Positions 36,895-49,787 are shown, counted from the stretch's first letter. The stretch: 64,000 nt of DNA from Escherichia coli (GCF_009931435.1 NZ_CP043414.1); one strand, 5' to 3'. The notes: a model not told the origin generated them from the sequence alone. Numbers and translations are program-made.

Positions 36895-39075
36895 ATGACA
36901 ACTAAAAATATGAATACGCCACCAGGCAGCACTCAGGAAAATGAGATCGATCTGCTTCGTCTGGTCGGCGAGTTATGGGATCACCGTAAGTTTATTATCA
37001 GCGTAACCGCGTTGTTCACGCTGATCGCTGTCGCTTACTCGCTGTTAAGCACGCCAATTTATCAGGCAGATACGCTGGTCCAGGTTGAGCAGAAACAGGG
37101 CAACGCCATTCTCAGCGGCCTGAGCGATATGATCCCTAACTCATCGCCCGAGTCAGCACCGGAGATCCAACTACTGCAATCACGCATGATTCTCGGTAAA
37201 ACCATTGCTGAACTGAATCTGCGCGACATAGTTGAGCAAAAGTATTTTCCGATTGTGGGTCGCGGCTGGGCGAGATTAACCAAAGAGAAACCAGGTGAGC
37301 TGGCGATCAGCTGGATGCATATCCCACAACTGAATGGTCAGGATCAGCAACTTACACTCACAGTTGGGGAAAACGGCCACTATACGCTGGAAGGTGAAGG
37401 GTTCACCGTCAATGGTATGGTCGGCCAGCGTCTGGAAAAAGACGGCGTTGCGCTGACTATCGCGGACATTAAGGCCAAACCAGGAACGCAGTTTGTCCTG
37501 AGCCAGCGTACCGAACTGGAAGCGATTAACGCGTTGCAGGAAACCTTTACCGTTAGCGAACGCAGTAAAGAAAGCGGGATGCTGGAACTTACCATGACCG
37601 GTGATGATCCCCAGTTGATTACCCGTATTCTGAACAGCATCGCTAACAACTATTTGCAACAGAATATCGCTCGCCAGGCGGCGCAGGATTCACAAAGCCT
37701 TGAATTCTTACAGCGCCAGTTGCCAGAAGTGCGCAGCGAGCTGGACCAGGCGGAAGAAAAACTCAACGTTTATCGCCAGCAGCGCGATTCGGTTGACCTT
37801 AACCTGGAAGCCAAAGCCGTTCTTGAGCAGATTGTTAACGTTGATAATCAACTCAATGAGCTGACCTTCCGCGAGGCCGAGATCTCCCAGCTGTATAAGA
37901 AAGATCACCCAACTTATCGTGCGCTGCTGGAAAAACGCCAGACGCTGGAGCAAGAACGCAAACGCCTGAATAAGCGGGTATCGGCAATGCCTTCCACTCA
38001 ACAGGAAGTATTGCGTTTAAGCCGTGACGTAGAAGCGGGCCGTGCGGTATATCTGCAATTACTTAACCGCCAGCAGGAGTTGAGTATTTCGAAATCCAGT
38101 GCGATTGGTAACGTGCGGATTATCGACCCGGCAGTCACTCAGCCGCAGCCAGTGAAACCGAAAAAAGCGTTGAATGTGGTGCTTGGTTTTATTCTTGGCC
38201 TGTTTATTTCGGTGGGTGCCGTGCTGGCGCGTGCGATGTTGCGTCGTGGTGTAGAAGCACCGGAACAACTGGAAGAGCACGGCATCAGCGTTTATGCCAC
38301 TATCCCGATGTCCGAGTGGCTGGATAAGCGTACCCGTCTGCGTAAGAAAAATTTATTTTCTAATCAGCAGCGCCATCGTACTAAAAATATCCCCTTCCTG
38401 GCGGTGGATAACCCGGCGGATTCTGCTGTGGAAGCCGTACGTGCGCTACGAACCAGTCTGCACTTCGCTATGATGGAGACAGAGAATAACATTCTGATGA
38501 TCACCGGTGCGACGCCAGACAGTGGTAAAACGTTCGTCAGTTCAACTCTGGCGGCGGTGATCGCCCAGTCCGATCAAAAAGTGTTATTTATTGATGCCGA
38601 CTTACGTCGTGGTTATTCGCATAACCTGTTTACCGTGAGTAATGAACATGGCTTGTCGGAATATCTGGCAGGGAAAGATGAGCTCAACAAAGTGATCCAG
38701 CATTTTGGCAAAGGAGGCTTTGATGTGATTACTCGCGGTCAGGTGCCACCTAACCCGTCTGAACTGCTGATGCGCGATCGGATGCGTCAATTACTGGAAT
38801 GGGCGAACGACCATTACGATCTGGTGATTGTCGATACGCCGCCGATGCTGGCGGTGAGCGATGCTGCGGTCGTGGGGCGCTCTGTCGGCACCAGCCTGCT
38901 GGTTGCGCGTTTTGGCTTGAACACCGCCAAAGAGGTGAGCTTGTCAATGCAGCGTCTGGAACAGGCTGGCGTTAATATTAAAGGCGCAATCCTCAATGGT
39001 GTGATTAAACGCGCCAGCACCGCTTACAGTTATGGCTATAACTATTACGGTTATAGTTACTCCGAGAAAGAGTAA
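36895..39075 (+). CDS. etk: BY-kinase (Wzc-like tyrosine autokinase) Etk
   Basis: 726-aa ORF; Walker A (GATPDSGKT) and C-terminal Tyr cluster (YSYGYNYYGYSY). Confidence 0.9.
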   Translation: MTTKNMNTPPGSTQENEIDLLRLVGELWDHRKFIISVTALFTLIAVAYSLLSTPIYQADTLVQVEQKQGNAILSGLSDMIPNSSPESAPEIQLLQSRMILGKTIAELNLRDIVEQKYFPIVGRGWARLTKEKPGELAISWMHIPQLNGQDQQLTLTVGENGHYTLEGEGFTVNGMVGQRLEKDGVALTIADIKAKPGTQFVLSQRTELEAINALQETFTVSERSKESGMLELTMTGDDPQLITRILNSIANNYLQQNIARQAAQDSQSLEFLQRQLPEVRSELDQAEEKLNVYRQQRDSVDLNLEAKAVLEQIVNVDNQLNELTFREAEISQLYKKDHPTYRALLEKRQTLEQERKRLNKRVSAMPSTQQEVLRLSRDVEAGRAVYLQLLNRQQELSISKSSAIGNVRIIDPAVTQPQPVKPKKALNVVLGFILGLFISVGAVLARAMLRRGVEAPEQLEEHGISVYATIPMSEWLDKRTRLRKKNLFSNQQRHRTKNIPFLAVDNPADSAVEAVRALRTSLHFAMMETENNILMITGATPDSGKTFVSSTLAAVIAQSDQKVLFIDADLRRGYSHNLFTVSNEHGLSEYLAGKDELNKVIQHFGKGGFDVITRGQVPPNPSELLMRDRMRQLLEWANDHYDLVIVDTPPMLAVSDAAVVGRSVGTSLLVARFGLNTAKEVSLSMQRLEQAGVNIKGAILNGVIKRASTAYSYGYNYYGYSYSEKE

Positions 39076-39090
39076 AACTGAAGGTAAGGT

Positions 39091-39126
39091 GGCCGGATGC
39101 GGCGTGAACGCCTTTTCCGGCCTACG
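39091..39126. repeat. REP palindrome
   Basis: ggccggatgcggcgtgaacgccttttccggcctacg. Confidence 0.7.
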
Positions 39127-39195
39127 CATCAGACAGTTCTTCGTTTGTCATCAGCTTCAGAGCATTCAGGTAACTGAATGCTCTTTTTTTATGCA

Positions 39196-40494
39196 TTACA
39201 AACTGCACGCAGGTATGCGTGCTTCATTCACGATTTGCGTAAAACCGGCCAACGAACACATGCCCTGCACGTTTCGCTCTTCACATCCTGCCAGGGTCAG
39301 TTTCACCTCTCCGGGCGGCGTATTTAATGATAGCGGCGTTTTATCACGCATCTGCTGTAAAGTCTGGAAGACCAGCGAAACCTGAATCCAATGGCTGTTA
39401 TCACTTAGCCTACGCCAGCGTTCAAACACCAGTTCACCCCCTGGCGGTGTGTTATCCGGCTGACCGGGAAGCGTCCAGTTGAGCTCCAGTGCGCCGCCGA
39501 GATTTGCCAGATTAGTATCGTGTCCGGCGATAAACAGCACTGAAGTGGGTAATGTCACACCATACACCTGCTTTTGCTGAGGATGTGGCGTCAACGCCGT
39601 CGTGATCAAATCTAATAACGGGGTGGCGCGACTGCGGGCAACCTCTGGCGTGCGTTGTAGCAAATAAAACTGCGCGTTATGCAGGCTTAGCAAGGTGTTC
39701 CACTGGTGTGAATCGGTGATCCTTCCCCACCCCGGCTCCGGCATTCCCTGTGCTTGTTGCAGGAGAAATATCTCCGTCAGCATTGACGCCAGGCTTACCG
39801 CACCGGTTAATGAGACATTGTCGGCGCTCACCTTGAGTTCCGATGGTAATACCTGCGTTAATGAACAGCTTTCGTCCTGTTTCTCACGGTTAAGGCACAA
39901 GTTTGATTGTGGGAAATTAAGCACCTGTTCCAGTTCGCGAAACGCCGTTTGCCGATGCCCGGTAAAGTCAGCAATTGACCCTCCTGCCCTGCTGAGGATC
40001 GCGTCAGTCACGTTCGCGTTATCCAGTTGGCAAATGCCAGTTTTTAGAGGATTAAATAACGGATCGGGACTGGACGTATCTGCCTGGGTATGTACGGTTA
40101 TTGCGCAGTCAGGTGCCAGCCCGGCGGCGAAGGCTTCGCCTGTTTTACGGGTACGCTCGTCGACATCAGCAATAATCGCGACCTGACCAGGCTGCGGGCA
40201 GCCCTTTTTCGCCAGCAATCCGTCAGCCACCAGACGCTGGCGTTGGTAATGCCCGAGATAAGCGATTAGCTCACCACCGCGCGGTGTCAGCCACCCCAGT
40301 TTTACCGGCCATGTTGGCCATGCGTCTGGGGTGACATCCTGCATCAGTTGCGTGGCCTTGGTTGGGGCACGCACACCATGACGACTGACAATCACCACAC
40401 TTTCCAGCTTCAGCTCCGGCTCACTCTGAGCGAATGCAGATTGCGGGGTGAACGGAATCAGAAGAGATAAGAATGGGATCAAGATCGCTTTCAT
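39196..40494 (-). CDS. appA: Periplasmic phosphoanhydride phosphatase / phytase AppA
   Basis: ORF 39196..40524; start at MKAILIPFLSLLIPFTPQSAFA; RHGVRAP histidine acid phosphatase motif. Confidence 0.9.
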   Translation of the reverse strand: MKAILIPFLSLLIPFTPQSAFAQSEPELKLESVVIVSRHGVRAPTKATQLMQDVTPDAWPTWPVKLGWLTPRGGELIAYLGHYQRQRLVADGLLAKKGCPQPGQVAIIADVDERTRKTGEAFAAGLAPDCAITVHTQADTSSPDPLFNPLKTGICQLDNANVTDAILSRAGGSIADFTGHRQTAFRELEQVLNFPQSNLCLNREKQDESCSLTQVLPSELKVSADNVSLTGAVSLASMLTEIFLLQQAQGMPEPGWGRITDSHQWNTLLSLHNAQFYLLQRTPEVARSRATPLLDLITTALTPHPQQKQVYGVTLPTSVLFIAGHDTNLANLGGALELNWTLPGQPDNTPPGGELVFERWRRLSDNSHWIQVSLVFQTLQQMRDKTPLSLNTPPGEVKLTLAGCEERNVQGMCSLAGFTQIVNEARIPACSL

Positions 40495-40532
40495 CGATAT
40501 GTTTCCGCTTTTCATATCCGACATTATTGATT

Positions 40533-40564
40533 GCCTGATGCGACGCTAATGTGCCTCATCAGGC
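40533..40564. repeat. REP palindrome
   Basis: gcctgatgcgacgctaatgtgcctcatcaggc between appA and appX. Confidence 0.65.
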
Positions 40565-40573
40565 TTACATTCG

Positions 40574-40666
40574 TTAACTTTTCAGACGCGGGTCCAGCCA
40601 TACCAACACAAGGGTGGAGAGCGAACACATCAACAAAATGCCGACGAACCAAAGTAAATACCACAT
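40574..40666 (-). CDS. appX: Small membrane protein AppX (cytochrome bd-II accessory subunit)
   Basis: Not in ORF track; minus-strand ATG at 40664-40666 gives 30 aa MWYLLWFVGILLMCSLSTLVLVWLDPRLKS. Confidence 0.7.
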   Translation of the reverse strand: MWYLLWFVGILLMCSLSTLVLVWLDPRLKS

Positions 40667-40678
40667 TGTTCCTGCTCC

Positions 40679-41815
40679 TTAGTACAGCTCGTTTTCGTTA
40701 CGGCGGAGAGTTTCTGTCGTCATGCGCCCCCACATTTTGTAGTAGCTCCAGAAAGTGTAGAGCAACACAATGGGCAAAAATATCAGCACGATTACCAACA
40801 TAATGCTCAGCGTCAGCTGGCTGGAAGTGCTGTCCCACAACGTCAGGCTGGAGATCGGACTTACGCTCGAAGGCATGACAAAAGGGAACAGCGTGATGCC
40901 TGCCGTGAAAATCACGCCAAATTGCATCAATGATGCCATCAAAAATCCCCAACCCGGGCGACCACGATAAATCGCCATCACCGTCAGCAATGGGCAGAAG
41001 AACCCCAGCAGCGGGAAGATCCACAAAACGGGCGATTCGACGAAATTATTCATCCAGGCACCAGGTAGCACTGCCACCAGTTTCATTAACGGATTGGAAG
41101 GACCGTTAGCATCCTGGGCGAGCAGTACAAAGCCATCAATACCGACCCACAGCCAGTAACCCGCCAGCAAAAAGCACAGCATCACCAGCAGTGCGGCGCG
41201 TTTGGTCGCCAGCTGTGAACGCAGATGAATCACACCAACAGTTTTTAGTTGTAACCAGACGCCACCTTGCAAAATCACCATCCCAAGGCTGAGCAATCCG
41301 CACAATAAAGGGAATGGCGTCAGCAGTTGCCAAAAACTGCCGAGATATTCCACGCGTAATTGCGGTGTGAAGGCAAACGGCACGCCGAGCAGCAAGTTGC
41401 CGAAGGCAATACCGAAGACTACCGGCGGCACCAGACTGCCGATGACCAGTCCGGCATCCCACATTTTACGCCAGCGTGCATCGGCGATTTTTCCGCGATA
41501 ATCAAAGGCCAGCGGGCGGAAGAACAACGAGCACAGCACCAGAATCATCGCCACATAAAAGCCGGAAAACGCCGCTGCATACACTCTGGGCCAGGCGGCA
41601 AATAATGCCCCACCTGCGAGGATTAACCAGACCTGATTGCCTTCCCAGTGCGCGCCAACGCTGTTTATCACTATCCGGCGTTCATCATCATTACGCGCCA
41701 CCAGCGGCAGCAAACAGCCAATCCCCATGTCAAATCCATCGGAGATCATAAAGACCACCAGGATCACGCCAATCAGCAGCCACCAGATGAAGCGCAATGT
41801 TTCATAATCAAACAT
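40679..41815 (-). CDS. appB: Cytochrome bd-II ubiquinol oxidase subunit II
   Basis: 378-aa polytopic membrane ORF following appC. Confidence 0.9.
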   Translation of the reverse strand: MFDYETLRFIWWLLIGVILVVFMISDGFDMGIGCLLPLVARNDDERRIVINSVGAHWEGNQVWLILAGGALFAAWPRVYAAAFSGFYVAMILVLCSLFFRPLAFDYRGKIADARWRKMWDAGLVIGSLVPPVVFGIAFGNLLLGVPFAFTPQLRVEYLGSFWQLLTPFPLLCGLLSLGMVILQGGVWLQLKTVGVIHLRSQLATKRAALLVMLCFLLAGYWLWVGIDGFVLLAQDANGPSNPLMKLVAVLPGAWMNNFVESPVLWIFPLLGFFCPLLTVMAIYRGRPGWGFLMASLMQFGVIFTAGITLFPFVMPSSVSPISSLTLWDSTSSQLTLSIMLVIVLIFLPIVLLYTFWSYYKMWGRMTTETLRRNENELY

Positions 41816-41826
41816 GATTTTCTCCT

Positions 41827-43371
41827 TTACCCCTGTTGCTGCGTCGGTTGTTCACTCTGCATCGCGCTCGGCCCCAGACGGGCATATTTCTGCATCAGGT
41901 AGACTTCGGCGATTAAGAACAGGGTGTAAAGCCCTACGATCATGATCAGTGAGAAAGCCAGTTGTCCTGTGGTTAAGGCGGAGTGCGCGGAGTATGTCGG
42001 TAAGATGTCCTGTATCGCCCACGGCTGACGACCAAACTCGGTCATAAACCACCCGGCTTCAATCGCAATCCACGGCAGCGGCAAACTCCAGAGCGCCATT
42101 TTCAGTACCCAGCGATGCTGGTCGATTTTGCCACGCAGCGTCTGGAAAAGCGCAATCAGCATCACCAGTAGCAGCAGAGAACCACAGCCCACCATGATGC
42201 GGAAACTCCAGAATACCGGCGCAACCTGAGGTATCGCGCCACGCATCGCCGCCTGGTACTGTGCAGCTGTGACATGGTTCATATCCGGCGCATAGCGGGA
42301 GAGCAACATGCCGTAACCAAGGTCGCCTTCCAGCTCCCGGAATGCCTGCAACACATGCGGCTCACGATTGCCTTGCGATATTTCCTGCATTAACAGCCAG
42401 GCCATACGTCCGCGTTGCAAGCGTGGGTAGGTTTCAGCCATCAAATTCTTCAGACCCGGCACGGGTTTATCTAATGAGTGAGTGGCGAGGATCCCTAGCA
42501 GCGCAGGAATTTTGATGGCAAAGGCGTTACGCTCTTGATCCTGTTCCGGCCAGGCAACTACATGGAACGGTGCAGGTGCAGGTTCCGTTTGCCACTCCCC
42601 TTCCATTGCCGCCAGTTTTACCGGTTGTACTTGCGCGACTTCATACGCAGAACTGTCTCCGAGTTGCAGCGTACCGATAATCGCCAGAGTACCGAAGACG
42701 GAACCGATGGCAAACGAGCGTAATGCAACATCGCGCTCCCGTCCGCGCAGTAAATACCAGGCGCTGATCGCCATAATAAACATGGCCCCGGTCACGTAGC
42801 CCGCCATTACGGTGTGCACAAATTTCACCTGGCTGACCGGGTTAAAGACCAGCTCGCTGAAGCTGGTCATTTCCATACGAAGGGTGTCGATATCAAAATG
42901 CGCACCGGTCGGATATTGCATCCAACCGTTGGCATTCAATATCCACAACGCAGAGAGATTTGAACCGAACGCCACCAGCCACGTTACCAGCAGGTGCTGG
43001 TATTTATTCAGCCGTTGCCAGCCGAAGAAGAACAGCCCGACAAAGGTGGATTCGAGGAAGAAGGCCATTAATGCTTCCATCGCCAGCGGTGCGCCAAAAA
43101 TATCGCCCACATAGTTGGAATAGAATGACCAGTTAGTACCAAACTGAAACTCCATGGTCAGGCCGGTAGCCACGCCAAGAGCAAAGTTGATACCGAAGAG
43201 CTTACCCCAGAAGCGCGTCATATCGCGGTAGATTGTTTTGCCGGTGACCACGTAAATGGTTTCCATGATAGCCAGCAAAAAAATCAGCCCCAGGGTAAGG
43301 GGTACAAATAAAAAGTGATACAGCGCGGTCAGAGCAAACTGCCAGCGCGATAAATCAATGACATCCCACAT
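41827..43371 (-). CDS. appC: Cytochrome bd-II ubiquinol oxidase subunit I
   Basis: ORF 41827..43377; start at [24 protein letters not shown]. Confidence 0.9.
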   Translation of the reverse strand: MWDVIDLSRWQFALTALYHFLFVPLTLGLIFLLAIMETIYVVTGKTIYRDMTRFWGKLFGINFALGVATGLTMEFQFGTNWSFYSNYVGDIFGAPLAMEALMAFFLESTFVGLFFFGWQRLNKYQHLLVTWLVAFGSNLSALWILNANGWMQYPTGAHFDIDTLRMEMTSFSELVFNPVSQVKFVHTVMAGYVTGAMFIMAISAWYLLRGRERDVALRSFAIGSVFGTLAIIGTLQLGDSSAYEVAQVQPVKLAAMEGEWQTEPAPAPFHVVAWPEQDQERNAFAIKIPALLGILATHSLDKPVPGLKNLMAETYPRLQRGRMAWLLMQEISQGNREPHVLQAFRELEGDLGYGMLLSRYAPDMNHVTAAQYQAAMRGAIPQVAPVFWSFRIMVGCGSLLLLVMLIALFQTLRGKIDQHRWVLKMALWSLPLPWIAIEAGWFMTEFGRQPWAIQDILPTYSAHSALTTGQLAFSLIMIVGLYTLFLIAEVYLMQKYARLGPSAMQSEQPTQQQG

Positions 43372-43504
43372 GCGCACTCCTGTAGGCGAAGAGAGAAAAA
43401 TAACCCGTTAATGGTAGATCTCCCTCTTTATCCTGAAACTCTACGACCAGAGGTATTCGCCGATTGCGATATTCATAAGCCTGAAAGCGATACTTACCGT
43501 CTTT

Positions 43505-44362
43505 TTACGTCGATGCACCTTCCGCCAGCCACTGACATACCTCACTAAGCCGCTGCGCAGAGTCGACCAAATCTTCTGGCGCTGCCAGCACCACTTCCGG
43601 TATTGGGCAGATTTCATAACTCTCAAGTAACGGGCCTTTTAAGGTGTCCGTACAGCGTAAATGCCAGACATGCCGCAGGCCGGTCGCGTTGATATAGCTC
43701 TCGCCGTAGCCAATGGTGCGAATCTGAATATTTCCCGGCCCACAGAGACGTGAGAGAAAAAGCCGATCAGCCTCGCTGATAGGTAATTGCGTCAGATTAA
43801 TGCTGTGCGGCTGCGCGTCAGGATTACGTACATGTGCCAGTAATTCATGCGCCAACGGTAGGCCATTCATCAGGCCATCAATGGGCGGCGGTAACAGCGA
43901 ATCTGTCGGCAAGACGTTTTGCGTTGCCGCCTGCCACAATGCCAGCGGCGCGCAGCCAGCCTCCAGTTTGTCCTCCAGCAACTGTTCACCGCGACGTCTG
44001 CGAACCCGCCATAATCCGCAGAAGATCGCCTCCTGAATTTCACTTTCACTACCATCAGCCTGCTGAATGAGCACTGACACTTCCCCTTCCCCGAGAAGCG
44101 TATTGATAAAGTGACGATCGTCGGCGTTGAGATTGAACAGATCGACTGCCAGCACCTCACCCAGCGGCGGCTGGCGTTCGCTTAGTTGATGTTGTAACTC
44201 GTTTAATAGCGCAATCACCTGCGGGCTATGAGCACATTGCTCCAGGGCCGCCATACTCGGTTCATCATTCACCTGACAGGTAATCGGCAGTGGATTCATG
44301 CTAAAACTATCATCATCAGGCTGCGTTCCGGGCCCCAGTAGATGGAAAAAAGTTTCGCTCAT
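43505..44362 (-). CDS. hyaF: Hydrogenase-1 operon protein HyaF
   Basis: 285-aa ORF, last gene of the hya cluster. Confidence 0.85.
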   Translation of the reverse strand: MSETFFHLLGPGTQPDDDSFSMNPLPITCQVNDEPSMAALEQCAHSPQVIALLNELQHQLSERQPPLGEVLAVDLFNLNADDRHFINTLLGEGEVSVLIQQADGSESEIQEAIFCGLWRVRRRRGEQLLEDKLEAGCAPLALWQAATQNVLPTDSLLPPPIDGLMNGLPLAHELLAHVRNPDAQPHSINLTQLPISEADRLFLSRLCGPGNIQIRTIGYGESYINATGLRHVWHLRCTDTLKGPLLESYEICPIPEVVLAAPEDLVDSAQRLSEVCQWLAEGAST

Positions 44363-44757
44363 GAGGCACGCTCCTGTTGCGGTTCAATAAGCCCGCGCAT
44401 CAGGTTTATCAGTTCCGCCCACGGGTGAATACCATTCAGCACGCCGCGATAGCTACCACCGGTAAAAACCAGTGTGGCGGGAAAACGAAATACGCCAAAA
44501 CGATCACCGATGGCTTCGCTTTGCTCAAGGTCGGCAATCGCTACCTGCCATGTATAATCAGGAAACTCGCGCAGTAATTCGCCAATCATTACCGGATTAT
44601 CGCTGACCTCTGGCGTGCGTTTCGGGTCACTGCTTAATAACACCACACCGTCTGGCGCTTGCGTAAGCCAGTCGTCAAGACGGGATTCACTGATCGGCGT
44701 CCAGCCGCGCGCCAGCATACGTTGCCACAACGCATCAAATGGCGTGTCGTTGCTCAT
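44359..44757 (-). CDS. hyaE: Hydrogenase-1 operon protein HyaE
   Basis: 132-aa ORF, overlapping-stop coupling. Confidence 0.85.
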   Translation of the reverse strand: MSNDTPFDALWQRMLARGWTPISESRLDDWLTQAPDGVVLLSSDPKRTPEVSDNPVMIGELLREFPDYTWQVAIADLEQSEAIGDRFGVFRFPATLVFTGGSYRGVLNGIHPWAELINLMRGLIEPQQERAS

Positions 44758-45341
44758 TCCTGCTCCTCCAGCGTCATCCGGTACTGGCGCAAGCGAACGC
44801 CTTCGTAGTTTTCCATCGACAGACAGTCATAATTGAGACAGCGCGATTCATTAGCCGGTTGCGGCTCAATTCCCCACGCAGCCAGTTGCGCCAGCGCCCC
44901 CTGTTCCGCGGCGGGCAGTTGCTCCCGAGCCAGTTCGCTCAGGCTACCGCCGTAGTCGTCGAGCATCGCGGGTTGCAGGCCGACGAGGGCAATATGTGCT
45001 GGCAGATTTCCGCGGATATCTGCCAGCGCCAGTACTTCGGAGAAACTGTTCTGGTGCAGGCTCATTTTCTTCGCGCTGAGATAGGCCGGAATGCGTTCTC
45101 CGGCATACGTTCGTAGCGTTCCGGGTTCCAGCCCGTAATCAATGGCGTCGAGAATCAGCAAGTGGCTGGCGCTTTCGACATACCCCAGCAAGTTCAGTCC
45201 CTGAGTACCGCCATCGACAATTTCCACTTCCTCGGGCCAGTGGTAATGAGCATACAGGCGTTCCGCCACCCGCACGCCGAAGCCTTCATCGGCCCACAGC
45301 AGATTGCCCAGCCCCATTACCACCACGCGTTGCTCGCTCAT
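44754..45341 (-). CDS. hyaD: Hydrogenase-1 maturation endopeptidase HyaD
   Basis: 195-aa ORF. Confidence 0.85.
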   Translation of the reverse strand: MSEQRVVVMGLGNLLWADEGFGVRVAERLYAHYHWPEEVEIVDGGTQGLNLLGYVESASHLLILDAIDYGLEPGTLRTYAGERIPAYLSAKKMSLHQNSFSEVLALADIRGNLPAHIALVGLQPAMLDDYGGSLSELAREQLPAAEQGALAQLAAWGIEPQPANESRCLNYDCLSMENYEGVRLRQYRMTLEEQE

Positions 45342-46045
45342 GAACGCTCCTTGTTACTTATTTTGCCAAATTTGTGGCTACGGTAGCCGTTGACCATGGT
45401 GGAGATCACTGTGTCGTCGGACATGATGTCTTCACGCAGCGCCATGTAGACATGACCGATAACAAACGCGCCAATCAGCCACATCCCCAGCCGATGCCAG
45501 CTGTGAATGTCCATTGAGTTGCCGCCCGTCCAGTAGAAAAACTCCACCACATAACGGAACGGCGCGAAAATAGCGTACTGGCTATGTTCGCTGTACAACG
45601 CAAAACCGGTGATGATCATAAAGACGGACATCAGGAAATAGCCGAACATTGCCGCCTGAGCGATGGGGTTATGGCCTATATCGGCACTCGGACGTTTTGC
45701 CAGAAACAGATACCAGCGGATTTCATACCACACGCCCTGCCACCAGCTTTTACGCCATACCGGCACGATAAACAGCTCGCGGGAGTAGCGATTGCCGACA
45801 AAAGCCCAGTAGATCCGCATCAGCAAGACCACGGTAAAAACCATCCCGGCGCTGAAGTGAATTAACCTGATGTAGCCCATATAAAACAGATACGTCGCCT
45901 CACCGCTGACCGAAGGCAGCGGCTTGCCGATAAAGTAACCGGTGACCATCAACACCGCCATGCATAACACCGTCAGCCAGTGCCATATCCGCACGGGTGC
46001 TTCAAAGACATAGTGACTGACAACGTTGTCGCTTTTCTGTTGCAT
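45338..46045 (-). CDS. hyaC: Hydrogenase-1 b-type cytochrome subunit HyaC
   Basis: 235-aa membrane ORF. Confidence 0.9.
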   Translation of the reverse strand: MQQKSDNVVSHYVFEAPVRIWHWLTVLCMAVLMVTGYFIGKPLPSVSGEATYLFYMGYIRLIHFSAGMVFTVVLLMRIYWAFVGNRYSRELFIVPVWRKSWWQGVWYEIRWYLFLAKRPSADIGHNPIAQAAMFGYFLMSVFMIITGFALYSEHSQYAIFAPFRYVVEFFYWTGGNSMDIHSWHRLGMWLIGAFVIGHVYMALREDIMSDDTVISTMVNGYRSHKFGKISNKERS

Positions 46046-46063
46046 GATGATTCTCCTTCGCTG

Positions 46064-47857
46064 TTAACGCACCTGCACGGAGATCAGCTCGCTACCGTCG
46101 TCGCCCAGCACGTGTGTTGAACAGGCGAGGCACGGGTCAAAGCTGTGCAGAGTACGAAGGATCTCCAGCGGTTGCTCGGGGATCGCCATTTTGGTGTTCA
46201 TCAGCGCGGCTTCATAAGCGCCAATTTGCCCTTTGGGGTCGCGCGGGCTGGCGTTCCAGGTGGTCGGCACCACACACTGGTAGAGATCAATCTTGCCATC
46301 GCGAATGGCAGCCCAGTGGCCTAACGCCCCGCGCGGCGCTTCGGTAAAACCGACACCACGGCACTCTGTCGGCCAGGTTGCAGGTTCCCATTTTTCAGTG
46401 GAGGCGGTGGCAAGATTGCCGTTTTTAAGGTTGGTCATCAGCTTGTCGAAGAAATACTGCAACTTACCTGCGGCCCACTGCGCTTCGTGCGCGCGACACA
46501 AAATGCGGCCTAACGTTGACTGGATGCCGGAAAGCGGCAGGTTCAACGCCGACATCATGCGATCGACCGACTCAACAGTCGCAGCATCGCCTTTGTGATA
46601 AGCGATCAATGTGCGTGCCAGCGGCCCCACTTCCATCGCGTTACCGCGCCAGCGTGGCGCTTTGATCCACGAGTAGCGTTCCTGTTCATTCAGCTGCTGA
46701 ATGTTGGTATCGCTGCCTTTGACATCGCCGGGGTTGTACCACGGGTCGGTAATACCATCGAACGGATGACGCCCGACCTGATCGTTGGGATAACGATACC
46801 AGGCGTGATCGACAAACTCCTGCACCTGCTGCGGATCAACCAAATCCACTGGCAGCACATTGTTGAAGTCGCCGTTAATCACCGCGCCGCCAGGCATCAG
46901 CAGACTTTTCTCGCCAAAGTCGTTGGCAATATCCGGGAACGCCCCGTAACTGAGGACACATTTATCAGAAAGACCAGTGCCGATTTCGCTCCACGGTTTG
47001 TTGAACTGACCGATGGCTAAAGCGTCGGGGATCATCACGTTATTAATGAAATCCGCCGTGCGGGTAATGATCGACTGCACCAGATTCAGGCGTTCCATAT
47101 TGACCGCCCCGACCGCGCCGCTTTCGTCAATGTTAATAGCGCAAGGCATTCCGCCGACAATCCAGTTTGGATGTGGGTTTTTACCGCCAAAGACCGCGTG
47201 GATTTTGACGATCTCACGCTGGAAATCGAGAGCTTCGAGATAGTGGGCAAAGCCCATCAGGTTGGCTTCTGGCGGCAGTTTGTACTGCGGGTGCCCCCAG
47301 TAACCGTTACGGAAGATCCCCAACTGGCCGCCTTCAACGAATTTCTTCAGGCGGTTTTGTACGTCGAAGAAATAGCCAGGTGATGATTTCGGCCATGAGG
47401 AGAGACTTTGCGCCAGTTCGGAGGTTTTCCGGGGATCGGCTTTCAGCGCATCTAACACATCGATCCAGTCCATCCCGGCAAGCTGATAAAAGTGCACCAG
47501 ATGGTCATGGCACCAGAGCGTCGCCAGCATAATGTTGCGGATGATATTAGCGTTGTCCGGCACTTTAATGCCGATAGCATCTTCGATGGCATAGACCGAA
47601 GCCAGAGCGTGTACGCCGGTACAGACGCCGCAGATACGTTCCACGAACGCCCACGCATCGCGCGGGTCGCGCCCTTGCAGAATGATCTCCAGCCCGCGAA
47701 ACATGGTGCCGCAGGAGACGGCATTGGTGATCACATTCTGATCGTTAATATTCACTTCACAGCGCATGTGGCCTTCAATGCGCGTAATCGGGTCGACCAC
47801 CAGGCGGCGTCCGGCATTGTTGATGGTGTATCCCTGAGTTTCGTACTGAGTGCTCAT
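46064..47857 (-). CDS. hyaB: [NiFe]-hydrogenase-1 large subunit HyaB
   Basis: 597-aa ORF; N-terminal [10 protein letters not shown] and C-terminal DPCLACSTH Ni-binding motifs. Confidence 0.95.
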   Translation of the reverse strand: MSTQYETQGYTINNAGRRLVVDPITRIEGHMRCEVNINDQNVITNAVSCGTMFRGLEIILQGRDPRDAWAFVERICGVCTGVHALASVYAIEDAIGIKVPDNANIIRNIMLATLWCHDHLVHFYQLAGMDWIDVLDALKADPRKTSELAQSLSSWPKSSPGYFFDVQNRLKKFVEGGQLGIFRNGYWGHPQYKLPPEANLMGFAHYLEALDFQREIVKIHAVFGGKNPHPNWIVGGMPCAINIDESGAVGAVNMERLNLVQSIITRTADFINNVMIPDALAIGQFNKPWSEIGTGLSDKCVLSYGAFPDIANDFGEKSLLMPGGAVINGDFNNVLPVDLVDPQQVQEFVDHAWYRYPNDQVGRHPFDGITDPWYNPGDVKGSDTNIQQLNEQERYSWIKAPRWRGNAMEVGPLARTLIAYHKGDAATVESVDRMMSALNLPLSGIQSTLGRILCRAHEAQWAAGKLQYFFDKLMTNLKNGNLATASTEKWEPATWPTECRGVGFTEAPRGALGHWAAIRDGKIDLYQCVVPTTWNASPRDPKGQIGAYEAALMNTKMAIPEQPLEILRTLHSFDPCLACSTHVLGDDGSELISVQVR

Positions 47858-48972
47858 GCCTGTTTATCCTCATTGCCTGGCTGTTGTTCGGTTTCTGTAG
47901 GTTGCTGGTTATGACGTCTGCGCTGATCAACAGCGCTGGCGACCGCATGTACACCAACAGCCGCAGCCACCACGCCAAGCGCGGTTAAACCGACGGTGTC
48001 GGCGGTGGAATGAGTACCCATTTGTGGAATATCGACTACGCGACTGTAGAATGAACCGCGATCCCAGAAACCATTTTCCGCACAACCCAGACAGCCGTGA
48101 CCAGACTGGATCGGGAAGGAAACGCCATCGTTCCAGCGTGTGGAGGAACAGGCGTTATAGGTGGTAGGCCCTTTGCAGCCCATTTTGTACAGACAGTAAC
48201 CTTTACGGGCAGCGTCATCATCCCAGCTCTGCACGAACTCTCCGGCGTCGAAGTGAGCGCGGCGATAACATTTATCGTGAATACGCTGACCATAGAACAT
48301 CAATGGACGGCCCATTCTGTCGACATCCGGCAGACGATCAAACGTCACCATGTAAGTAATGATGGCGCTCATCACATCCGGGATCGGCGGGCAGCCCGGC
48401 ACTTTAATGATCGGTTTGTCGGTGATCACTTTGTCGATTGGTGTGGCCTGCGTTGGATTGGGCCGCGCGGCCTGCACGCAGCCCCAGGACGCGCAGGTTC
48501 CCCAGGCGATAATCGCACTGGCTCCGGCAGCGGCACGTTTGAGTTTCTCAATAAACGGTCGACCGCTGCTGATACAGAACATCCCCTGCTCGCCCAGCGG
48601 CGGATTACCTTCTACTGCGAGGATATATTTGCCATTATATTGCGTGATGATGTCTTCAAAGACTTCTTCTGCCTGGGTTCCGGCGGCAGCCATCAGGGTA
48701 TCGTCGTAATCGAGGGAAATCAGGGAAAGGATGACGTCCTTCGCCAGTGGGTGAGCGGAGCGGATAAAAGATTCGGTACAGCAGGTGCATTCAAGACCGT
48801 GGATCCACACCACAGGAATGCGCGGTTTGTTCTCCAGCGCCCAGGCAATCTTCGGAGCCATTCCCGCGCCTAATCCCAGCGAGGTGGCAGCCAGACTGCA
48901 ATATTTGAGAAAGCTGCGCCGGGTAACGCCCTGACGCCGCATGGCCTGGTAAAATGTTTCCTCGTTATTCAT
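47854..48972 (-). CDS. hyaA: [NiFe]-hydrogenase-1 small subunit HyaA (Tat signal)
   Basis: ORF 47854..48999; start at [23 protein letters not shown] (twin-arginine). Confidence 0.9.
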   Translation of the reverse strand: MNNEETFYQAMRRQGVTRRSFLKYCSLAATSLGLGAGMAPKIAWALENKPRIPVVWIHGLECTCCTESFIRSAHPLAKDVILSLISLDYDDTLMAAAGTQAEEVFEDIITQYNGKYILAVEGNPPLGEQGMFCISSGRPFIEKLKRAAAGASAIIAWGTCASWGCVQAARPNPTQATPIDKVITDKPIIKVPGCPPIPDVMSAIITYMVTFDRLPDVDRMGRPLMFYGQRIHDKCYRRAHFDAGEFVQSWDDDAARKGYCLYKMGCKGPTTYNACSSTRWNDGVSFPIQSGHGCLGCAENGFWDRGSFYSRVVDIPQMGTHSTADTVGLTALGVVAAAVGVHAVASAVDQRRRHNQQPTETEQQPGNEDKQA

Positions 48973-49356
48973 ATCGCACGTCTCTTCTCCTTGCGACACC
49001 GGCAGGACACCGGGCGCTTATGGTCGGCAAGCGACGTCCCTGTAGCAAGGCAAACCATCGCTTCACGTGAGATGCTGAAAACGAAAGCTCATCCTTCTGC
49101 ACTGGCGCACGTCGCCAGATAGTATTGTTAATAAAGCGTAGTGAAACTTTTGCACAAAACAATACAAACCATGTGGTTTTATCTTTTAGCGATAAAAATG
49201 GACCTATTTTTCTTTTGCAGGGCATTGGGGACGTTTAGCCAGTTGCTAAACGAGTAAATGAGAAGGAATTCATGGTGATGAAATGATCAAACTGCTGTTA
49301 TTTCACGCTATCAATGCGGTTTTGGCTGTTTTTCAGGCAAACGAACAAATTAGGGG

Positions 49357-49385
49357 TTTACACGCCGCATCGGGATGTTTATAGT
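49357..49385 (+). promoter_or_regulatory. serT promoter (-35 TTTACA, 17-bp spacer, -10 TATAGT, GC-rich discriminator)
   Basis: tttaca at 49357-49362 and tatagt at 49380-49385 followed by gcgcgtc; tRNA 5' end 12 nt downstream. Confidence 0.65.
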
Positions 49386-49397
49386 GCGCGTCATTCC

Positions 49398-49485
49398 GGA
49401 AGTGTGGCCGAGCGGTTGAAGGCACCGGTCTTGAAAACCGGCGACCCGAAAGGGTTCCAGAGTTCGAATCTCTGCGCTTCCGCCA
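49398..49485 (+). tRNA. serT: tRNA-Ser (anticodon UGA)
   Basis: 88-nt sequence GGAAGTGTGGCCGAGCGG...TTCGAATCTCTGCGCTTCCGCCA with long variable arm and cuUGAaa anticodon loop. Confidence 0.95.
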
Positions 49486-49493
49486 AATAATCA

Positions 49494-49528
49494 AGGGGTT
49501 ACCAAATGGTAGCCCCTTTGCTTTTTGG
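49494..49528 (+). terminator. Hairpin plus T-tract immediately after serT (probable tRNA terminator)
   Basis: ggggttacc-aaa-tggtagcccc stem followed by tttgctttttgg. Confidence 0.55.
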
Positions 49529-49748
49529 GCTCTTGGTATAAACTTGGTATACCAATTGGTATATTTTCTGCCAAAAAATTCCTAAAATCCCCTCCAGCAC
49601 AAACAATCACTTGCTCATTCATACTTTATCAAGAAAATATCCTTGCAAGTTATGTTGTTTCTTTCTGCGTCCCGACAGGGTGTCATGGTTCCCCACTTCT
49701 CTCGGGATGGACACTTAACGGACGAGAAATTTTCAGGTGTCATTCAGA

Positions 49749-49787
49749 CGCGCTTCGGCCCCGGATTGGCGAAGCGCGCTTTTTTTC
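49749..49787 (+). terminator. Intrinsic terminator in the serT-prophage junction
   Basis: cgcgcttcg...cgaagcgcg stem followed by cttttttt. Confidence 0.6.
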